The notes beneath the pieces are model-generated. The model did no database searches. It saw only the letters and a program-made list of their open reading frames with translations, and was not told the DNA's origin. The position numbers and the translations under genes were made by a program. This document shows positions 52,062-64,000 of a stretch of 64,000 bases of DNA, in pieces. Position 1 is the first letter of the stretch. Each line of letters starts with the position of its first letter. The stretch is from NCBI GenBank assembly GCA_964016885.1, contig OZ024745.1, positions 83,514,001-83,578,000 on the forward strand, given 5' to 3'. Source of the stretch: Eledone cirrhosa (Eukaryota).

Positions 52062-55000
52062 CCCCGGCGGGGAATAGCCGTGTCTCTAGGGGAGAACGAC
52101 CCCTCTAGTCTTGGTTGACACTCGTTCTAGAAGTGGTAACACGAAATGATTACCCCTTGGCGGATAAGGATAAAACGTGACAAAATAAAGTAAATGTCTA
52201 ATGATAAAATCTCATACCGGATCGGCCGGCACCCGGGTAAAAAAGGGCTGCGTCCTTCAGAGAGGAACCAGACTGGGGTCGAAAAATCAGCTAATGGTTC
52301 AAACCTTCCCATCACTTCGGAGCTGGAGACCTCCCATAACCGGAATACTCCTACTGTTGGCCCTCCATGCTCACCACCAAGAAATCCAAAGAAAAAGAGA
52401 GAAAAATGGTCAAGGGAAGATAATAAAGAAGTCCTTGAGGCTTTCTACACTGCCATGTACTACCCATCAAATACATCGAATACAGAACAGACATATATCA
52501 ACTGGAAAAAGAAACATCCCGAAAACAGAGGCTATATTGACAGTAACAAACTAGCCAATATACGAAGAAATATTGTAAAAAAAAATTTACTAACTGATAT
52601 AGAAATTGATCAGATCAAGCTATTAGCACAAAGTGTGCGAAGGGAAAATGAAACCTGTGTCAGTGAAAACGAGGTAAATTGTAACACTTCAAATCCCAGG
52701 GTTGGGGCGGAATCACTGCCAACAGAACAAATTAAAGGAAGGATCTAAAAAGTGGAGGGAGTGCATGCTCAAGATGAAACTCCAAATGAAAATAATGAGA
52801 TCGTAAATGATAAAGAAATGAATGAGAATGAACTTGCCAACTTGAAGGATGAAATTATGATCGAATGGATGAAAATGAAAGAATCTGACATGGGGCAACG
52901 AGACACCCTCCCTAAGATCCAGAACTCCAAACAGAACCAAAAGATAATACACGAGACTAACATAATTCTCAAAAACATTATCATCACAAACAAACTAAAC
53001 ATTACTGATTTAAATCATCTCTATTATGCAGCGGCAAAAGTCACCACTCACTTATGTGGAGTGAAGATGAAAAAACAAAGGAATTCCCACAAGAAATCTA
53101 CTTGGCAAGAGAACGTCAATCGCCAAATAAACCTTCTCCGATCTGACATAGAAATTTTAACAAACTATAAAGTAGGTGAACATGTTAAACAAACTAAACT
53201 TAGAAAATTGAAAAGAAAGTATAGTATAAAAGCAACAAGTGACATAGACATGCTGATAGAAATAATCAAGCAAAAAGTGTCGGCCAAAGCTGCTCGTATA
53301 AGGCGCTTTGAGAAACGATCTAGATTCTATAAGGACAATAATATGTTCAAAAACAACCAAAGAAACTTCTGCAGAAAAATCGGTAAGTCAACAATAACTG
53401 CTAAATCAATACCACCCAAGGAGGAAGTGCAAGAATTCTGGGAAAAGATCTGGGCCGAAGAAAAAGTTCATAACATACATGCCCCATGGATAGACAGACA
53501 AATGAAAGATACAGCTCACCTTGTGGAACAAATATGGGAAAACATAACAGTTGAACAGTTGCGCCTGGCTCTAAGAAAAACCAGCAAATGGAAATCCCCA
53601 GGAAAAGACAAAATACAAAATTTTTGGATAAATGCCTTCACAGAGTCTCATGAGCTGTTATCCCAACTTTACAATGAAATAGTTAAGGAGCCAGAAAAGA
53701 TACCATCATGGTTAGTTAACGGCATTACATTCCTGCTTCCGAAGAATGATGAGACAAACAATCCCAAAAATTACAGACCGATAACTTGCTTGACCACAAT
53801 GTATAAAATTTTAACATCAGTCCTAACTGAATACACATATGACCACCTGATAACAAATGACCTATTTCCCATTGAGCAGAAAGGGTGTAAACGAGGCTCA
53901 TATGGCTGTAAGGATCAGCTTCTGGTTAACAAAATGATACTGGAAGATTGTCATAATAGACACAAAAATCTATCAATTGCTTGGATAGATTATAAAAAAG
54001 CATTCGATAGTTTGCCACACAGTTGGATAGAAAATGTTTAGAGATTTTCAAAATATCCCCCGTTGTCAGGAGGTTTTTGTCATTCAGTATGAAGACATGG
54101 AAAACGACACTCCTTTTGAATAGTGAAACAAAATCACTGGAAGCTGGAGAAGTTAATATTAATCGTGGAATTTTTCAGGGTGACTCTTTATCACCGCTTT
54201 TATTCTGCATCGCACTTATAACATTAAGTAAAATGCTCAATGAAACAAAACATGGATATAGAGTCTATGACAAAACCATTAATCACTTGTTCTACATGGA
54301 TAACCTGAAACTATTTGCAAAAGATGATGAACAATTGCAAGGGCTATTATCCACTGTGGGGCAGTTCAGTGATGACATTAAAATGGAGTTTGGACTAGAT
54401 AAATGCGCCAAAGCAACGTTCACCAGAGGAAAGCTGCTGAAGAGTTCAGACATTAATCTTGATCGGGGGAACGTGATAAGAGAACTTGATCAAGAAAAAA
54501 CTTACAAATATCTAGGTGTTTGTGAAGGAGACGGAATCAAGCACTCGACAATGAGGGAAAGGATAAGGAAGGAATGTTACCGCAGAGTAAGAGCAATCTT
54601 AAGAACGGAATTGAATGCAAGGAATAGGATCGATGCCATAAACACGCTTGCCATACCAGTAGTAACCTACAGTTACAATGTCATCAACTGGTCAAGCACA
54701 GAGATCCGTAGGCTCGATACAACAATTAGAAAATTCTTAACCATGCACAGAATGCATCACCCTAAGGCAGATATAGATAGAATATATCTCCCTAGGAAAG
54801 AAGGAGGACGTGGGTTAATCCAGTTAGACTTTGCGTTGAAAACTGCAACAATTGGATTATCTACATATCTAAGGGAATCACATGATTGGATGATCAAACT
54901 CGTTTTGAAACACGAAAGCATTAAAAGATCATATTCCATTACAAAAGATGCACAAAGATACAGTAATGGACTACAATTTCAGAAGTCCCATTTACTGCTG

Positions 55001-55986
55001 AAATGGAAAACATAGAAAAAGCAAAGCAGGTAAAAGTAACTGCAAAGAAAGAGCTGCTACAGAAACTGGCTAAGAAATGGCAAGAAAAGCCTCTGTATGG
55101 AAAATACCCAGAACGAGCTAACAATCCTGATGTTGACAAAACTTTAACCCATCAGTGGTTGGCATCCTCTGGACTGAAATCGGAGACTGAAGGACTGATT
55201 ATATCAGCACAAGATCAGTGTCTGCCAACAAAAAATTACCAAGCCAACATAATAAAAAATGGATGCACCCATTATGCCGTGTATGCAAAAAACAACCAGA
55301 GTCCATTGACCATATAATTTCAATGTGCAGTCCTATAGCTCCAACCGAATACCTAAACAGGCATGACAGAGCTGCACAATACATACATTGGATAATGTGT
55401 ATGCATTTTGACCTGCCCCATCAAAAGAATTGGTGGGAGCATCAACCACCTCCCATACTTGAAAAAGATCACATCTCAATCTTGTGGAACTTTAGCATCC
55501 AAACAGACCAAAAAATAGATGCAAATAGACCTGATATAATATTGAAGGATTTTAAAAAGAGGGTATGCCTGCTAATTGATATGTCCGTTTCAATAGACAA
55601 GAATGTATCTATAAAAACATTTGAAAAATTGAGCAAGTATAAGGACCTGGAGATAGAAATTGGAAAAATGTGGAAATTGAGAACTAAAACAATCCCAGTG
55701 GTTGTAGGCGCTCTGGGAATGACACCTAAGGGGTCTAATGATTACTTATCGCAAATCCCAGGAAACCCGCGTATAGGAGAAATACAAAAGATAGTACTAA
55801 TGGGAACTGCCCATATACTAAAGAAGATTCTGTCAATATAAGTACATCACAAGTCTAAACACGAAAGATGCATGTGTGAGTATGTATGTTCTTTCTTGAA
55901 CATGGCGGACCTTGTTGTCTCTTGAGGTCACTGGTTGTGACTTGGTGATAACTCGTATGAACATAAAGCAAGATAAATGCAACTGT
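52062..55986 (+). mobile_element. Full-length R4/Dong-like non-LTR retrotransposon, family A (RT + CCHC + restriction-like endonuclease), decayed
   Basis: ORF from ATG at 52194 to 55841 with one stop and three frameshifts: KWSREDN, WKSPGKD, NYRPITCL, IDYKKAFDS, GIFQGDSLSP, YMDNLK, CRVC..ESIDHIISMC, RHD, NRPD..LID, EKLSKY; (TAA)n on both sides. Confidence 0.93.
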
Positions 55987-56002
55987 AATAATAATAATAA
56001 AA

Positions 56003-57256
56003 ATGGCTGATGAGATAAAAAAAATGGAGGAATTGATAAGATCTGAATACATTCGGAGAATAAGGAGAGTATTAAAGTCACATCTGAACAGTAGGAATGC
56101 CACAAGTGCAGTAAATTCCCGAGCTGTGTCTATTATTAGGTACAGTGCGGGAATTCTGAGATGGAATGTTGCTGAACAAAAAGAAATGGATAGGAAGGCT
56201 AGGAAGCTATTGACTATCTACATCATGTAACACAAGAGGAGTGATGTCGATAGACTCTACTGAAGGAGATCTGAAGGTGGAAGAGGTTTTATCAGCATAG
56301 AGGACTGTGTTCAGATGGAGAAAAACAACCTACACAAATACGTGATTGATAGTAAGGAGCCAATGCTCAGAATTGTACTGAAGGAGAGGACAATAGACCA
56401 GAGGATGTCCAAGGAGGAAATAACAACAAGGAGAAAGAGCTGCCTTCATGAAAAATCCCTTCATAGTACCTTCTTTGAGAAAACTGAATTCAGAGATCCA
56501 CAGACATGGAACTGGTTGAAAAGCCTTAAAAGGCTACAGAAGGAATGCTAATGGCTGCGCAAGAGCAGGCCCTCAAAACGAAGTGGTTGAAACACCATAT
56601 TTACAAGGAGGAGGCTAGCCCACTGTGCAGGATCTGTGCAGAGAGAGAGGAGACTGTGGCTCACATTGGATCCGAGTGTAAACACCTAGCCCAGACTCAC
56701 TATAAGGGCTGGAGACATGATGTGATGTACAGGGTGATCCACTGGCACCTATGCAAAGTAAACAATTTACCACATTCTGAGAAGTGATATGAGCATAAGT
56801 CAGAGTCGGTGATAGAAAACGATCAGGTGAAGGTGCTGTGGGATTTTAGGATACAGACGGACGAGAAACTGGAACACAATAGACCTGACCTGGTGGTTTG
56901 GGACAACGAAAAAAGATCGTGCCTGAGTGTGGATGTGGCCTGCCCATTCAACACGAGAGTGCAAGAGGAGAGGGAGAAAATTAACTGATACCAGGACTTA
57001 AAGTGGGATGTAAAAAGTGGTCAAAGTGGTCCCGATTGTCATAGGCGCACTAGGTACTATCTCAAAATGTTTCCAGGGATGGTTAAAGAAAATTGGCCCC
57101 TTCACGCTTTTTGGAACGCTTTAAAAGGCATGCTTGCTGGGAACAGCAAGAAACCCTCCGATACGTCCTGAATATCTGAGGCTGCAGGTTGTGGCTTGAT
57201 ATTCATTACAACAAACTTTCCAGTTAACTAACATCAATGACTGAGACTCAAAGAAC
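56003..57256 (+). mobile_element. R4/Dong-like family B, 5'-truncated
   Basis: RT thumb, AAQEQAL, CRIC..ETVAHI.SEC, RHD, NRPD, 3' UTR; (TAA)n tail 57257-57369. Confidence 0.92.
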
Positions 57257-60340
<3,084 letters not shown>

Positions 60341-60381
60341 GTAATAACAATAATAATAATAATAATTATTATTATTATTAT

Positions 60382-61108
60382 TAATGGCTGCGCAAGAGCA
60401 GGCCCTCAAAACGAAGTGATTGAAACACCATATTTACAAGGAGGAGGCTAGCCCACTGTGCAGGATCTGTGGAGAGAGAAAGGAGACTGTGGCTCACATT
60501 GTATCCGAGTGTAAATACCTAGCCCAGACTCACTATAAGGGCTGGAGACATGAAGTGATGGGCAGGGTTATCCACTGGCACCTATTCAAAGTAAACAATT
60601 CACCACATTCTGAGAAGTGGTATGAGCATAAGCCTGAGTCGGTGATAGAAAACGATCAGCTGAAGGTGCTGTGGGATTTTAGGATACAGACGGACAAGAA
60701 ACTGGAACACAATAGACCTGACCTTGTGGTTTTGGAGAAGGAAAAAAGATCATGCCTGATTGTGGATGTGGCCTGCCCATTCGACACGAGAGTGCAAGAG
60801 AAGGAGAGGGAGAAAAATTAACTGATACCAGGATTTAAAGTGGGAGGTAAAAAGGATTCGGAACTGCCATGAAGTCAAAGTGGTCCCGATTGTCATAGGC
60901 GCACTAGGTACTATCTCAAAAAGTTTCCAGGGACGGTTAAAAAAAATTGTCCCGCCACGCTTTTTGGAACACTTCAACAGGCATGCTTGCTGGTAACAGC
61001 AAGAACCCTCCGATACGTCCTGAATATCTCAGTCTGCAGGTAGTGGCTTGATATTCATTTCAACAAACTTTCCAGTTAACTAACATCAATGACTGAGACT
61101 CAAAGAAC
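60382..61108 (+). mobile_element. R4/Dong-like family B, 5'-truncated (zinc finger + RLE + 3' UTR)
   Basis: CRICGERKETVAHIVSEC, LWDFRIQTD, NRPDLVV, IVDVACP; (TAA)n tail 61109-61179. Confidence 0.92.
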
Positions 61109-61179
<71 letters not shown>

Positions 61180-61180
<1 letters not shown>

Positions 61181-64000
61181 TAGGGAAGAAGACGCACGAG
61201 GTGACGGAGGTCATGAAATCGCTCCCGTAAGTTTTGAATTTTTAACATATTTAAATCATTTGTGAAATAACAACTCTTAGTACAAATGCTACGTAAAGCA
61301 CCCGGCTTGAGCCCCCAAAAATTCGGACCCAAAATATATTGTTATAAGGCTCAAATATTCAAATATTCAACTTTGTATTGTACACTGTATATCCAAAAAA
61401 AAAAATGGCTATAAATGGAAGAAGAAGAACCCCCCCCCCCTCCTCTCCTCTGGCTACACTATATAGGACAGCTAAACTCACCAACACCAGAAACTAGATA
61501 CACCACCCACCCCATCATCTGTGTACACTAAACACAACAGCATTTTCACCTTCACCGCCACCGCTCACTACGGCCATCATTACCACCACTATCCCATCAC
61601 CGCCGCCACCACCCCTTGACTCCTTCACTGCTGCTGCCACCGCTACAGCACCATCACTACAGTAATACGGTCGCATCACCGCCACCACTGCCTCGGTATC
61701 GACATCACCACCACCACTGTCTCAGTATCGCCAACGCCGCCAGTCTCCCACTTCTCCCTGCTGGCTGCCACTTCCACATTATAGAATTCCTACTACTAAC
61801 AAAGAGGAAGGCATCAAAATATATAGATAGACTCAAAAGAAAAAAGAAAAAACAAACAACAAAACCAAAGCAGCACAGCAACAACAGCAAAAAACGAGAA
61901 AAACAAACAGAGAAAAACAAAAACAAAAAAAGAAACCCCAAAAACGTAAAGAAAATAAGAATGAAGAGAGAAGCAGGCGGACGGACAGAGAAGAGGGGGG
62001 AAAAAGTAAAACTTAAAAAACAAAAACTAAGTCAGACATTCGAATACTACATTACAATGAAACTTATGCTTATTCATTTTTGGGGCCCTTTCTGCCCGTG
62101 TGTTTGTTTGTTTATGTGTGTTCGTATACAGCGTGGTGATAATGCCACACAAGGGCCAAGTGGGATGGCGGATCCACAGATGGCTATGTAAACATACATT
62201 CGCCAATCCTCGATAAGAGTGTTTAAATATCGAACATAAACAGTTCGAATAACGGTGAAATGGAGACTAGAACGTCATGTGACAGACTCTCACACAACAG
62301 GTGCCCCCTGGCTCAGCAGCAGGAACCTGACTGTCAACCAAATACTGCTGATGTTGGAGGAAGAAGAAGAAGGAAAGGGGCCAGAACCAACTGGACGAAA
62401 GAATTGAATAGAACTGTTATGCAATGCTACCTGAAAAGTAACCCCAAGGAGAGGGGCTACAGGAGACGGATGCATAACATCTGGAACGAGATTGGTTTAT
62501 TTAAATTAGATGAACAAAAATTGGCCGGGCAGGCTCGGGTAATAAGAACTAATGGGTGGATAAGCCAGCTGGAACTGGAGGAACTGAGCAGAGAGAATGG
62601 CTTGGAGATGGCGGGTGTAGTATGCCAGACAAGCGAGCCGGCGGGAAATGAAGGTGAGGAGGTACTGAGAACGGAGGAACCACCCGAAGCAGACAATGAT
62701 CTGAATACTAAGATAAATAATACCTGGAACAGAGATACGGCCACTGAGGAGATGAATGTTGACGGGCTAGGACAAGATTCGGTTGTCATCCTAAATTTAG
62801 TGGTAGATGAGTTGAACAATGATAGTGGGAGACCTATGAACCTAAGATTTGTAGACTGGAAAAAGTTAAAAGAAACAACAGCTAAGGTAAACAAAGTCAT
62901 CCCATACCTTGAGGCGAGGAGTCTTCACCAGTGCAACAATATCCTCAAAGCAACAGCAAATACGGTGAGGAAACTACTTAGTATAAAAGCGAGAGGAAAC
63001 AACAGACAAGAAAGAGCAGAGCCGTGGTGGAAGAAACGACTGAGTGGGCAAATCGGGGAAATGAGAAATGACATAGGAAAGCTTGAGTCACTACTGAATG
63101 GGACACTAAAAAACATAGGCACTAAAAATAGACTGGAAATAAAATACAAAACTAGGAGTAAAAAGCTAAATATTATCATAGAGGAATTGAAGCAACGCAT
63201 TGTAGCAAAGAGTGCCAAAATCAGGCGATACGAGAACAGAGTCAGTCAGTATAAACAGAACCGCATGTTCGACAACAACCAGAAGATGCTGTTTGGACAG
63301 CTTGAGGGGAAAGAAAGAGGCAACGACTTGATCCCTGGGGCGGAACAAGCTAAAACATTCTGGAGAGGAATATGGGAGCAGGATGTTAGACACAATGCCC
63401 AGGCAGGGTGGATTGAGACAGTACAGAGGGAGATCGGTGAGCAGGCACACCAACAAACTGATTTGAGTATCACAGTTGAAACTCTTAAGGGGCAGGCCAA
63501 AAAACTAACCAACTGGAAATCACCAGGCCCAGATGGTGTGCAGGGGTATTGGATTAAAAATATAACATCCCTCCACCCGAAACTGACAACCATGTTCAAT
63601 GACTGCTTGATGTTAGGTGAGGTACCAGAGTGGTTGACAAAAGGTACCACAGTTCTGATAATGAAAGACCGAATCAAGGGTAATGATGTTACCAACTATA
63701 GACCTATCACATGTCTGCCCGTAATGTGGAAACTGTTGACGAGCATTGTGTCTGAGGAAATCTACCATCACCTCCACACAAACAGCTTGTTACCGGACGA
63801 ACAGAAAGGATGCCGAAAGAAGTCACGTGGTACAAAGGACCAGTTGCTTATTGATAAGATGGTAATGGGGAATTGCAGGAGGAGACACACTGATCTTGCC
63901 ATGGGATGGATAGACTACAGAAAGGCATTTGACATGGTGCCTCATTCCTGGATCACCAAAAGCCTGGAGATCTTCAGGGTGGCAGATAACATCAGACAGT
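61180..64000 (+). mobile_element. R4/Dong-like family B, probably complete 5' end, runs off the window
   Basis: Begins immediately after (TAA)n; 62010 onward is homologous to 57371 onward. Confidence 0.88.
62260..64000 (+). CDS. Uninterrupted RT polyprotein ORF of Dong-like family B (3'-incomplete; not in the ORF track)
   Basis: Manual frame +1 translation has no stop from 62227 (ATA, where the sister copy has ATG; first ATG is 62260) to 64000: TNWTKELN..VMQCY..RGYRRRMHNIW, WKSPGPDG, NYRPITCLP, EQKGCR, IDYRKAFDMVPHSW. Confidence 0.88.
   Translation, partial: METRTSCDRLSHNRCPLAQQQEPDCQPNTADVGGRRRRKGARTNWTKELNRTVMQCYLKSNPKERGYRRRMHNIWNEIGLFKLDEQKLAGQARVIRTNGWISQLELEELSRENGLEMAGVVCQTSEPAGNEGEEVLRTEEPPEADNDLNTKINNTWNRDTATEEMNVDGLGQDSVVILNLVVDELNNDSGRPMNLRFVDWKKLKETTAKVNKVIPYLEARSLHQCNNILKATANTVRKLLSIKARGNNRQERAEPWWKKRLSGQIGEMRNDIGKLESLLNGTLKNIGTKNRLEIKYKTRSKKLNIIIEELKQRIVAKSAKIRRYENRVSQYKQNRMFDNNQKMLFGQLEGKERGNDLIPGAEQAKTFWRGIWEQDVRHNAQAGWIETVQREIGEQAHQQTDLSITVETLKGQAKKLTNWKSPGPDGVQGYWIKNITSLHPKLTTMFNDCLMLGEVPEWLTKGTTVLIMKDRIKGNDVTNYRPITCLPVMWKLLTSIVSEEIYHHLHTNSLLPDEQKGCRKKSRGTKDQLLIDKMVMGNCRRRHTDLAMGWIDYRKAFDMVPHSWITKSLEIFRVADNIRQ

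Noticed and set aside
52062-52193. HDV-like or pistol ribozyme assignment for the Dong-A leader
   Set aside because: No pyrimidine L3/P1.1, no downstream P2 partner and no pistol P2/GU register; kept only as an unclassified structure.
61616-62191. 191-aa His/Pro/Lys-rich ORF as a possible ORF1
   Set aside because: Non-ATG start, low-complexity, lies in the putative intron, and is not preserved in the sister copy.

Overview
Eukaryotic, AT-rich, microsatellite-saturated genomic DNA. The (TA)n/(CA)n/(TAA)n density, SINE types and LINE content look like an octopus/cephalopod genome (inference). Only one credible host gene is present: a single-coding-exon class A GPCR (42694-43809, +) with candidate upstream non-coding exons. 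The first ~41 kb is filled with Penelope-like elements (PLEs; two long decayed copies plus fragments), about ten hand-identified minimal type I hammerhead ribozyme motifs in PLE termini and short non-coding retrozyme-like inserts within (TA)n, and more than 15 copies of a tRNA-type SINE. From 45.9 kb to the window end, seven non-LTR retrotransposon insertions are piled up, each separated by (TAA)n: one L1/Tx1-type on the minus strand and six R4/Dong-type (RLE) copies from two families. The last Dong-like copy has an uninterrupted ORF running off the window and an apparent ~905-nt GT-AG intron in its 5' leader. All calls are by eye; no database searches or folding programs were run.
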